From contig NC_086108.1 of NCBI RefSeq assembly GCF_963921235.1, forward strand, positions 37,636,001 through 37,700,000: 64,000 nucleotides of DNA. The letters run 5' to 3'. Below are positions 49,589 to 62,040 of the stretch, one piece after another. Source of the DNA: Mobula hypostoma (lineage: Eukaryota). The notes under the pieces were generated by a model. The model worked only from the letters and a program-made list of their open reading frames with translations, was not told the DNA's origin and searched no databases. Within the stretch, counting starts at the first letter, position 1. Every line of letters begins with the position of its first letter. A program made the position numbers and the translations under genes.

Positions 49589-51774
49589 GACCAATATCTT
49601 TATTAAATGTTGATTCTAAAGTTTTTTCTAAGTTATTAGCAAATAGACTAGAAAAAGTACTTCCTTCTATTATTTCGGAAGACCAAACGGGTTTTATTAA
49701 AGGTCGTTACTCTTTTTATAATATTCGTACATTGTTAAATATCGTTTATACTCCCTCACAAAATGTTCCTGAGTGTGTTATTTCTTTAGATGCCGAGAAA
49801 GCTTTTGATAGAGTAGAATGGCCTTATTTATTTAAGGTGCTTGAAATGTTTAATTTTAGCTTGAAATTTATATCCTGGATTAAACTGTTATATTACTCCC
49901 CTGTAGCCTCGGTTCGTACTAACTCTTTAAACTCACCTTTTTTTCCTCTCTTTCGTGGTACTCGACAAGGCTGTCCTCTTAGTCCCCTATTATTTGATAT
50001 TGCATTAGAACCTCTTGCAATTGCTATTCGAGAATCTTCAAATATTACTGGGATAACTCGGGGATTAAAGTCCCATAAATTATCACTCTATGCTGATGAT
50101 TTACTTTTATATATTTCTAATCCTGAGAGATCCATTCCTGCTGTTTTAGAGTTATTAGCACAATTTGGTCTTTTCTCAGGTTATAAATTAAATCTTAGTA
50201 AGAGTGAACTTTTTCCGATTAATAAACATCTTCCCTTATATTATAAATTTCCATTTAAATTGATTAATAATTACTTTTCATATCTTGGGATTAAAATTAC
50301 TTGTAAACATAAAGATTTATTTAAGACTAACTTTTTACCATTAATAGACCATATTACTCAATTTTCATCTAAATGGTTTCCCTTATATTTAACTTTGATT
50401 GGTCGTATTAATGCAGTTAAGATGTTTTTTTTGCCAAAATTTTTATATGTGTTTCAGGCATTACCAATTTTCGTTCCTAAATCTTTTTTTGATAAAGTTG
50501 ACTCTAAAATTTCTTCATTTATTTGGCAGAATAAGAATCCGAGACTGGGTAAAATACATTTACAGAAAGCTAAGAGAGATGGAGGTTTAGCAGTACCTAA
50601 TTTTAGATTTTATTATTGGGCTATTAATATTCGACATATGAAATTTTGGTTACTTGACCGGGACATACTATCTATTCCTAAATGGGTAGCATTGGAATTA
50701 CAATCTGTTCAGGGTTATACACTTGGTTCTATTTTAGGTTCCTCTCTTCCTTTTGATTCGAAACGCCTTAAGCAGGTCTCTAACCCGATAGTTAAATATG
50801 CTTTGCGCATTTGGTTTCAATTCAGAAAATTTTTTGATCTTAATCAATTCGGGTTAGCGATTCCTATTTTAGGTAACATATTTTTTCCTCCCTCTTTTAC
50901 GGATCGCGCTTTTCAAACTTGGAAGACTAAGGGTATTTTACAGTTTTTGGATTTATTTTTAGATGGTTCCCTTATGTCTTTTGAACAATTATCTAATAAA
51001 TATAACTTATCAAGAATACATTTTTTTAGATATTTACAAGTTAGAAATTTCCTAAGTACTATACTTTCTTCCTTTCCAATGCTTCCTCCTATATATATTT
51101 TAGATTCGATAATTAACCTTAATCCATGTCAGAAAGGTGCATCGGCTATGATTTATAATATTATTATGAAACTTAGGAAAGCTCCATTTGATAAGATTAG
51201 GGTAGATTGGGAACAGGAATTGGGGCTTACCATTTCTGTGGATGATTGGGGGCAGATTTTACAATTAGTTAATACTTCCTCTATTTGTGCTAAACATTCC
51301 CTAATTCAATTTAAAGTGGTTCATAGAGCACATATGTCCAAAGATAAGTTAGCGCGTTTTTACTCGCATATTAATCCTTTCTGTGATAGATGTTCGGGGC
51401 AGATAGCCTCTTTAACTCATATGTTTTGGTCTTGCCCTACTTTGGAAATTTTTTGGAGAGATATTTTCAATATTATTTCTAAGGTATTAAATATAGATAT
51501 CTCTCCTCACCCTATTACTGCTATCTTTGGACTACCTAAAATTTCTAGTAATCTTTCCCCTTCAGCCCGTAGAATGATTGCATTTCTTACTTTAATGGCG
51601 AAAAGATGTATTTTACAACATTGGAAAGAGCTTAATGCTCCAACTACCTTTTTTTGGTTTTCTCAGACGATTTTATGTTTGAATTTGGAGAAAATTAGAA
51701 GTAACCTTTATGATTCTTCATTTAAATTTGAACAGATTTGGGGACCTTTTATTCGATATTTTCATTTAATGTAA
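49589..51774 (+). CDS. L1 ORF2 fragment: complete RT plus C-terminal CCHC knuckle; no endonuclease, no native start
   Basis: RPISLLN, DQTGF, SLDAEKAFD, GTRQGCPLSP, YADD, YLGI and CDRC-x8-H-x4-C; no stops. Confidence 0.9.
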
Positions 51775-52122
51775 TATTTACCCTTCTTGTTTTTTTTTCA
51801 CTGTTTTAATGGAGGTCGGGATTGAGGACGTGATTTTAAGTTTAACTCTGTTTGGTTTCAAGTTAGCCCATTGCTTTGCCTTGCTTTTAGTTAGTTGCAC
51901 GGTGGGTTTTTTTGGGGGTTTTTTTTTTTCTTTTTTTCCATTGATATATATAAAATTTAGTATACTATTATGTTATCTTGGTTTCTTATGCTTAAATTAC
52001 ATTGTAGTATTTTCTTTTTGGTATTGTTATCTTTTGGAATTTTATTATACTTTAACATTGTATTAATGTTTATATGGCTTACCTTTTTTGTATACTTACT
52101 CAATAAAAAGATTTAAAAAGAA
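49589..52122 (+). mobile_element. 5'-truncated L1-clade LINE (copy 1)
   Basis: TSD agaagtgcaaacata at 49574-49588 and 52123-52137; T-rich 3' UTR, aataaa and A-rich tail. Confidence 0.96.
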
Positions 52123-52884
52123 AGAAGTGCAAACATACCAGAGGTTGATGCCAGCACCATTTAAAAAGCCTTCTCTTGATATAGGATCACTTGGTACTAC
52201 TGCAAAAATATTAAATAACAGGCATTTACAGCAGAAAGAATGGAGTGGTCATCACTGCATGAAAATAACAAGTAGGTATGATGCACCTTGTTGCCTGAAG
52301 GAGAATAACCTGTTTGGCACTTGAATCCCATTTCACTTGAGGTCAGCATTATGATATTTTATTTATTTGTGTTACTCAACTACTCACAAATATTTGATTC
52401 TTTCTAGCTGCTCTGCACTATCATATAGCCATAGCAGTTATTCTATTATGTAGCTATTGGTGGAGAGCTCTTCCCTGTTCATTTACAATGAAAGGGTTTC
52501 ACAAAATCACACAGAATTCTAATTGTTCTGCCAATTTGACTGTCAGTCATCCAAATAGATCTAAAAAGCATTAGTCCTGCTTTTCAGATAAGAAAACAAT
52601 ACAGCCATTGACTACATTTAGCTTTTAAATCTAGAACTCTGTCCTGACACTGAGCAAAACTCCCAGTGCCCTTACATGATATCAGTACATGATAGGAATG
52701 AAATGTGAGCAGCCCCAACCTGGCTCTGTTCAACACAAATACACAAAACTACCTATTATTCAGTACAACATTTACTTGAGAGAAGACTGTGGTAATAGAC
52801 AATACTAAATATGAATAATAGTATTCTATAACATTATTTATACAAACATTTGTACATTATTAACAGATATGATTTTGCAGTTTA

Positions 52885-52970
52885 TTTGGAGGATAAAGGA
52901 TTGCTGGGTGGTGTGGCTCAAAGGTCAGCAGGGCCTGTTATGCACTGTATCTCAATAATAAATAAATAGA
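52885..52970 (+). mobile_element. SINE 3' tail fragment (repeated at +8133)
   Basis: Matches the 3' end of the SINE at 13170-13250. Confidence 0.6.
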
Positions 52971-53907
52971 ATGTAATATTATTTCCAAATGTCCTTTTTA
53001 ATGTTTGTGCTCCAATCAGCATTACAATAATCTGAATATCCTGTCACTGTTACATTTCTGCTTAAGGGTGCTTCCCAGGTCAACAGTAACCACTACATAT
53101 CTTGCATGACAAGGAAGTGTCCAATTGGATGAAGGTGCCTTGAAACAACTGAAGGCCACAAAAGGAACTATATAAATGCAAATCTTTCTCTACATAAAAA
53201 TATAAAATATGTATTTGCTGGAAATTTGCATTCAGCTTTTCGGTTCTCAACTATAGATGAACAGATATAATTAAAGACTCGGGTGAAAAGCTGAACCATT
53301 GAGGGCATGAATATCATCAATTAACTCTGTAAAAGTATCTCAGAACTGGAAGTGCTAATGATGCAATTCACTGTTTCAAAGTGTGCATCTTGAAGAAAAA
53401 AAATAACATTTCCCAAGCATTAAGCTTTGGAGGGTTGCTTAAGTGCATGTCAGATAAAGGTCAAAATCAGATTCACTATGTAGCTTTACTGTAAATGAAA
53501 TCCACTGGGACTAACTATCTCAGAGTATAGTCGAACTCTGTAAGGGAACACTCTGAAAAATAACTACATCCGAGAAGTACATCCACTTTGAACAGCCAAT
53601 GATCATTGTTTTTGGACTTATTTACTTTAGAGTAGTTTAATTATTTTTCTGATGCCAATATGAACATACCGAAGAATAGTAACTTAGTACACCATTTATA
53701 CCTTTTGATATTTGTTTTCTAAATTCATAAAGCTAAACATCTACAAGTTAAACCTTCTAAGAATATTTTGTCATAATACAAAAAACTGTTTAAATTATTT
53801 TAACATTGCAGATTTGTCCTTTCAACACTCCCCTGAAGTTTATGGTTATTCTCCATTAAAACTGTTGATGTAATTTATCCTAGTTTTAAAAAAGACACAA
53901 GTAAAAG

Positions 53908-56015
53908 AAACAAGACAGAATCTGCAGATGCTTGAAGTCCAAGCAACACGCACAAAGTGCTGGACAAACTCAGCTGATCTGGTAATATCTATGGAAAAGA
54001 GTAAACAATCAACTTTTTGGGCTGAGACCCTTCATTCGAACTGGAAAAAAAGGATGAGCAGTCATTGCAAGAGATGGGAGGAGAGGTTGAAGAAATATGA
54101 GGTAATAGGTGATAGGTGAAGCCAGGAGGGGGCAAAGGTGAAGTAAAGAGCTGGGAAGTCAATTGATGCAAGAAATAAAGGGCTGGAGAGGGGGGAATCT
54201 GATAGGAGAGGACAGAAGACCATGGAAGAAAGGGAAGGGAGAGGAGCAGCAGAGAGAAGTGATGGGCAGGTATGGAGATAAGGTGAGAGAGGGGAATGGG
54301 AATGGAAAATGATGGAGGGGGCATTACTGCAAGTTCGAAAAATCAATGTTCATGCCATCAGTTGGAGGCTACCCAGATACCCAGACGGAATATAAGGTGT
54401 TGCTCCTCTAGACTGAGTGTGGCCTCATCACGACAGTAGAGGAAGCCATGGACTGACATGTAGGAATGGGAATGGGAAGTGGAATTAAAATGCGTGGGCT
54501 CTGGGAGATCCCACTTTTTCTGATGGACAGAGCGTAGGTGCTTGGTGAAGCGGTCTCCCAATCTATGTTGGGTCTCACTGATAAACAGGAGGCCACACCG
54601 GGAGCACCAGATACAATAGCTGACCCCAGCAGACTCACGGGTGAAGTGTTGCCTCAGCTGGAAGGACTGTTTGGGCCCTGAATGGTAGTGAAGGAGAAGG
54701 TGTCAGGGCAGGTGTAGCACTTATTCCACTTGCAAGGACACATGCCAGGAGAGAGATCAGTGGGGTGGGACGAAAAGACAAGGGAATCATGTAGGAAGCA
54801 ATCCCTGAGGAAAACAGGAAGTGGTGGGGGAGGGCAAGTTGTGCTTGGTGTGGGATCCGTTGGAGTTGGTGGAAGATAAGGAGAATTATGTGCTGGACAC
54901 GAAGGCTAGTGGGGTGGTAGAAGGATGGGGTGAGGGCAGGCATGCGTGGAATGGGAGAGATGCAGTTGAGGGTAGCATTGATAATGGAAGAAGAGAAGCC
55001 CCTGCTCTGTCTTCTACCTCCTCTGGATATTTTCATTGCTAACTGCCAATAAGACATCAACTGTCTCCACTTCACCACTTTCTCTTCGATTCCACCCTCA
55101 CTCTTCCCAACTGCTCTGCTCTCCACTCTCCCCGCACAAATCCTAACCTCACCATCAAACCCGCAGATGAGGGGAGCGCTATAGTAGTCTGGTGGACCGA
55201 CCTCTACTTTGCTGAGGCCAGGCGACAACTGCCGGCCACCTCTTCTTATTTACTCCTCAATGAGGGCCCCACTAAGGAGCACCAGGCCATTGTCTCCCAC
55301 ACCATCACCAACCTTATTAACTCTGGGGATCTCCCATCCACCGCCATCAATCTCACAGTTCTCTCACTCTGTATCTCCCATTTTTACCTCCTACCCAAGA
55401 TCCACAAACCTGCCTGTCCAGGTAGGCCCGTTGTTTCTGCTTATTCCTGCCCCACTGAACTTAGACCTGCATACCTCAGTTCAGTTTAATCCCTGCTGTC
55501 TCAGTCCCTTCCTACCTACATCCATGACACTTCACACACTCTTAATATTTTCAATGATTTCAAGTTCCCTGGCCCTGATCACCTTATTTTCACTACGGAT
55601 GTCCAGTCACTATCCACCCCCACCCCCCATCAAGAAGGCCTCAAAGCTCTCCATTTCTTTCTAGACACCAGCCCCAAGCATCTCCCCTCCACCACTACTC
55701 TCTTCCATCTGATGGGACTGGCTCTCATGCTCAATAATCTCTCCTTCAGCTCCTCCCACTTCCTTCAAACAAAAGCTGTAGCCATGGGCACTCGCATGGG
55801 TCTCAGCTATGCCTGCCCGTGGAACAGTTTATGTTCTAAGCCTACACTGGTATCACTCCCTGACTTTTCCTATGCTACATCGATGACTGCATTGTCGCTG
55901 CTTCTTGTACCTATGCCAAGCTCGTCAACTTCATAAACTTTGCCTCCAACTTCCACCCTACTGTCAAATTTACCTTGTCCATTTCTGACACCTCCCTCCC
56001 CTTTTTCGATCTTTC
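53908..56015 (-). mobile_element. Degraded Penelope element: 3' part on minus (53908 to about 55000), RT part inverted on plus (about 55000-56015)
   Basis: Minus: GDRFTKHLRSV...THFNS...LEEQHLIFRLG; plus: IKPADEGSAIVVW, FYLLPKIHK, AVAMGT and YIDD in broken frames. Confidence 0.9.
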
Positions 56016-57721
56016 GGTCAAAAGATATCAAATAGTACATCATTTATTGAAGGCAAGATTATCATCTAAAGCTAGCACAACAATGTATGAAGGTCATACC
56101 ATGTGGTAATCTCTGTTTGCAAAAGCTTTCTACATCAGTATACTCTTTTAGAATGAGGGTACAAAATGCAGCAGAGCCTTGTACTCCCAGATACACTGCC
56201 ATCCAAGAATTCATTACTCTTTTTATAATTCCTGGAATCTCCAGGAATTATAAAACGGTTGGGAACATTTGTAATAAGTGTTATATTAGAATTGGGTGAT
56301 GGTAAAATAGGTCCATAGTGGAAGTGAGTTAAATGTCACATTAGTAGAAACCAAAATTATTACATATGGGAAATACTTAAATTACCGGGTATGAGTAGCT
56401 GGAGCAGAGATAAACAAAAGGAGGTTGGGCTGTAAGCTACGATCAGGACAGCTACTCATGAGATAAGTGAAGTCAAGATAGATGGATATTACCATACATT
56501 AGAGCACTCAGTTTCAGGGAAAGTGAGGGAAAAGGCAATCTGCCAAAGGAAGGCAAAATCCCATCTCTCAGGCAGATAAAGGCAACCCCAGCAGAGATAC
56601 AAGAAATATTATATGCAATGAAGAAAAATAAGTTACTAATGAACTTTTGAAATTCACATGTAACTATTGTAACACAACTACTCTAAATCGCTGGAAGTTT
56701 TTTTTGGGTCAATGGAGTATCTTTGAACTTCCACTTGCAGCGCTCCCCAGTATACACTGTAACAGGGTCTGAACAAACTGACATTTGAGAAACTCATCAC
56801 TGCTATAAAGAGAAGTTTTCTTCATGTGCTATTCAGATTGGAGCCATAATTAAGAGGGTAACTGCATCCCACCTGAAAGCCAGATTCAGTGTGTTTAACA
56901 CACCAGCTTCTCCTACAATTTCCAAAAGAATGCTTACACACAACACAACACTGGCATTATATTACATCTCACGTGTTCCACTAATACAGATTCAGTGAGA
57001 ATGATGGGTTGAATTTTGCAGTGAAATGCTGTGATTCACATGTAGAACCATACGGTTTTCCCTGACACCAAGTTCAGAATTTCATGTTTGGTACTCCACT
57101 TGTTAAATTGTGAAACTCTCTAAAAATATTTTTATCTTTACATTAACACATACTTCCAATTAAAAATTATAATTTGCTCATCCTTATGCCAAATCTTTAT
57201 TCATTCAACAATTCAGTTTGGATAAAAGCCACAAAACTCAGCGCTTATTCTGCATTAAGGGATCAGGTTTTAACATTATGTCATTACTTCTAAGTGAAAT
57301 TAGCAGGGGCTGGCTTCATTTAATATGCTATACACCACAAGCTAGATAACAAGAAGGCGTTATATGTATTTGATTCAGTATTTTTCAATTGAAATTCTCC
57401 CCTTGAATCAAGCTTTTCATGTGATTGGATTAGTGGGAAATAATTTAAAAAGCTGAAAGACTGCTCACGTTGTCAAAAGTATGTTTGATCTTATATGCAG
57501 TTATTTGAATATATTATATTACTTAATGCAATGTGCATTTGTATGTACAGACAAACACACACACAAACAAACACACAGAGCCCTGCACATCTGTGAATGG
57601 GACTTCCTAGAAAGATGCTGTGATGGTAGACAAAGAAAATTACGGTAGACAAAAGAAATTGGAGTTCTGTTGAAACAAAGCACATTTTGGTCAAGGTTTC
57701 TAGCACAGAAGTGCAAACATA

Positions 57722-59907
57722 GACCAATATCTTTATTAAATGTTGATTCTAAAGTTTTTTCTAAGTTATTAGCAAATAGACTAGAAAAAGTACTTCCTTC
57801 TATTATTTCGGAAGACCAAACGGGTTTTATTAAAGGTCGTTACTCTTTTTATAATATTCGTACATTGTTAAATATCGTTTATACTCCCTCACAAAATGTT
57901 CCTGAGTGTGTTATTTCTTTAGATGCCGAGAAAGCTTTTGATAGAGTAGAATGGCCTTATTTATTTAAGGTGCTTGAAATGTTTAATTTTAGCTTGAAAT
58001 TTATATCCTGGATTAAACTGTTATATTACTCCCCTGTAGCCTCGGTTCGTACTAACTCTTTAAACTCACCTTTTTTTCCTCTCTTTCGTGGTACTCGACA
58101 AGGCTGTCCTCTTAGTCCCCTATTATTTGATATTGCATTAGAACCTCTTGCAATTGCTATTCGAGAATCTTCAAATATTACTGGGATAACTCGGGGATTA
58201 AAGTCCCATAAATTATCACTCTATGCTGATGATTTACTTTTATATATTTCTAATCCTGAGAGATCCATTCCTGCTGTTTTAGAGTTATTAGCACAATTTG
58301 GTCTTTTCTCAGGTTATAAATTAAATCTTAGTAAGAGTGAACTTTTTCCGATTAATAAACATCTTCCCTTATATTATAAATTTCCATTTAAATTGATTAA
58401 TAATTACTTTTCATATCTTGGGATTAAAATTACTTGTAAACATAAAGATTTATTTAAGACTAACTTTTTACCATTAATAGACCATATTACTCAATTTTCA
58501 TCTAAATGGTTTCCCTTATATTTAACTTTGATTGGTCGTATTAATGCAGTTAAGATGTTTTTTTTGCCAAAATTTTTATATGTGTTTCAGGCATTACCAA
58601 TTTTCGTTCCTAAATCTTTTTTTGATAAAGTTGACTCTAAAATTTCTTCATTTATTTGGCAGAATAAGAATCCGAGACTGGGTAAAATACATTTACAGAA
58701 AGCTAAGAGAGATGGAGGTTTAGCAGTACCTAATTTTAGATTTTATTATTGGGCTATTAATATTCGACATATGAAATTTTGGTTACTTGACCGGGACATA
58801 CTATCTATTCCTAAATGGGTAGCATTGGAATTACAATCTGTTCAGGGTTATACACTTGGTTCTATTTTAGGTTCCTCTCTTCCTTTTGATTCGAAACGCC
58901 TTAAGCAGGTCTCTAACCCGATAGTTAAATATGCTTTGCGCATTTGGTTTCAATTCAGAAAATTTTTTGATCTTAATCAATTCGGGTTAGCGATTCCTAT
59001 TTTAGGTAACATATTTTTTCCTCCCTCTTTTACGGATCGCGCTTTTCAAACTTGGAAGACTAAGGGTATTTTACAGTTTTTGGATTTATTTTTAGATGGT
59101 TCCCTTATGTCTTTTGAACAATTATCTAATAAATATAACTTATCAAGAATACATTTTTTTAGATATTTACAAGTTAGAAATTTCCTAAGTACTATACTTT
59201 CTTCCTTTCCAATGCTTCCTCCTATATATATTTTAGATTCGATAATTAACCTTAATCCATGTCAGAAAGGTGCATCGGCTATGATTTATAATATTATTAT
59301 GAAACTTAGGAAAGCTCCATTTGATAAGATTAGGGTAGATTGGGAACAGGAATTGGGGCTTACCATTTCTGTGGATGATTGGGGGCAGATTTTACAATTA
59401 GTTAATACTTCCTCTATTTGTGCTAAACATTCCCTAATTCAATTTAAAGTGGTTCATAGAGCACATATGTCCAAAGATAAGTTAGCGCGTTTTTACTCGC
59501 ATATTAATCCTTTCTGTGATAGATGTTCGGGGCAGATAGCCTCTTTAACTCATATGTTTTGGTCTTGCCCTACTTTGGAAATTTTTTGGAGAGATATTTT
59601 CAATATTATTTCTAAGGTATTAAATATAGATATCTCTCCTCACCCTATTACTGCTATCTTTGGACTACCTAAAATTTCTAGTAATCTTTCCCCTTCAGCC
59701 CGTAGAATGATTGCATTTCTTACTTTAATGGCGAAAAGATGTATTTTACAACATTGGAAAGAGCTTAATGCTCCAACTACCTTTTTTTGGTTTTCTCAGA
59801 CGATTTTATGTTTGAATTTGGAGAAAATTAGAAGTAACCTTTATGATTCTTCATTTAAATTTGAACAGATTTGGGGACCTTTTATTCGATATTTTCATTT
59901 AATGTAA
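57722..59907 (+). CDS. L1 ORF2 fragment (RT plus CCHC), copy 2
   Basis: Translation identical to copy 1. Confidence 0.9.
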
Positions 59908-60255
59908 TATTTACCCTTCTTGTTTTTTTTTCACTGTTTTAATGGAGGTCGGGATTGAGGACGTGATTTTAAGTTTAACTCTGTTTGGTTTCAAGTTAGC
60001 CCATTGCTTTGCCTTGCTTTTAGTTAGTTGCACGGTGGGTTTTTTTGGGGGTTTTTTTTTTTCTTTTTTTCCATTGATATATATAAAATTTAGTATACTA
60101 TTATGTTATCTTGGTTTCTTATGCTTAAATTACATTGTAGTATTTTCTTTTTGGTATTGTTATCTTTTGGAATTTTATTATACTTTAACATTGTATTAAT
60201 GTTTATATGGCTTACCTTTTTTGTATACTTACTCAATAAAAAGATTTAAAAAGAA
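57722..60255 (+). mobile_element. 5'-truncated L1-clade LINE (copy 2, produced by the duplication)
   Basis: Same truncation point, same 15-bp TSD and same flanks as copy 1. Confidence 0.96.
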
Positions 60256-62040
60256 AGAAGTGCAAACATACCAGAGGTTGATGCCAGCACCATTTAAAAA
60301 GCCTTCTCTTGATATAGGATCACTTGGTACTACTGCAAAAATATTAAATAACAGGCATTTACAGCAGAAAGAATGGAGTGGTCATCACTGCATGAAAATA
60401 ACAAGTAGGTATGATGCACCTTGTTGCCTGAAGGAGAATAACCTGTTTGGCACTTGAATCCCATTTCACTTGAGGTCAGCATTATGATATTTTATTTATT
60501 TGTGTTACTCAACTACTCACAAATATTTGATTCTTTCTAGCTGCTCTGCACTATCATATAGCCATAGCAGTTATTCTATTATGTAGCTATTGGTGGAGAG
60601 CTCTTCCCTGTTCATTTACAATGAAAGGGTTTCACAAAATCACACAGAATTCTAATTGTTCTGCCAATTTGACTGTCAGTCATCCAAATAGATCTAAAAA
60701 GCATTAGTCCTGCTTTTCAGATAAGAAAACAATACAGCCATTGACTACATTTAGCTTTTAAATCTAGAACTCTGTCCTGACACTGAGCAAAACTCCCAGT
60801 GCCCTTACATGATATCAGTACATGATAGGAATGAAATGTGAGCAGCCCCAACCTGGCTCTGTTCAACACAAATACACAAAACTACCTATTATTCAGTACA
60901 ACATTTACTTGAGAGAAGACTGTGGTAATAGACAATACTAAATATGAATAATAGTATTCTATAACATTATTTATACAAACATTTGTACATTATTAACAGA
61001 TATGATTTTGCAGTTTATTTGGAGGATAAAGGATTGCTGGGTGGTGTGGCTCAAAGGTCAGCAGGGCCTGTTATGCACTGTATCTCAATAATAAATAAAT
61101 AGAATGTAATATTATTTCCAAATGTCCTTTTTAATGTTTGTGCTCCAATCAGCATTACAATAATCTGAATATCCTGTCACTGTTACATTTCTGCTTAAGG
61201 GTGCTTCCCAGGTCAACAGTAACCACTACATATCTTGCATGACAAGGAAGTGTCCAATTGGATGAAGGTGCCTTGAAACAACTGAAGGCCACAAAAGGAA
61301 CTATATAAATGCAAATCTTTCTCTACATAAAAATATAAAATATGTATTTGCTGGAAATTTGCATTCAGCTTTTCGGTTCTCAACTATAGATGAACAGATA
61401 TAATTAAAGACTCGGGTGAAAAGCTGAACCATTGAGGGCATGAATATCATCAATTAACTCTGTAAAAGTATCTCAGAACTGGAAGTGCTAATGATGCAAT
61501 TCACTGTTTCAAAGTGTGCATCTTGAAGAAAAAAAATAACATTTCCCAAGCATTAAGCTTTGGAGGGTTGCTTAAGTGCATGTCAGATAAAGGTCAAAAT
61601 CAGATTCACTATGTAGCTTTACTGTAAATGAAATCCACTGGGACTAACTATCTCAGAGTATAGTCGAACTCTGTAAGGGAACACTCTGAAAAATAACTAC
61701 ATCCGAGAAGTACATCCACTTTGAACAGCCAATGATCATTGTTTTTGGACTTATTTACTTTAGAGTAGTTTAATTATTTTTCTGATGCCAATATGAACAT
61801 ACCGAAGAATAGTAACTTAGTACACCATTTATACCTTTTGATATTTGTTTTCTAAATTCATAAAGCTAAACATCTACAAGTTAAACCTTCTAAGAATATT
61901 TTGTCATAATACAAAAAACTGTTTAAATTATTTTAACATTGCAGATTTGTCCTTTCAACACTCCCCTGAAGTTTATGGTTATTCTCCATTAAAACTGTTG
62001 ATGTAATTTATCCTAGTTTTAAAAAAGACACAAGTAAAAG

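Noticed and set aside
49537..51774. 745-aa ORF as a host gene or domesticated RT
   Set aside because: TSD, A-rich tail, 5' truncation and a TTG start in flanking DNA all indicate an ordinary recent L1 insertion.
57722..60255. Second L1 as an independent insertion, or the two L1s as LTR-like ends of a larger element
   Set aside because: Same TSD, truncation point and kilobases of identical flank show it is part of the tandem duplication.
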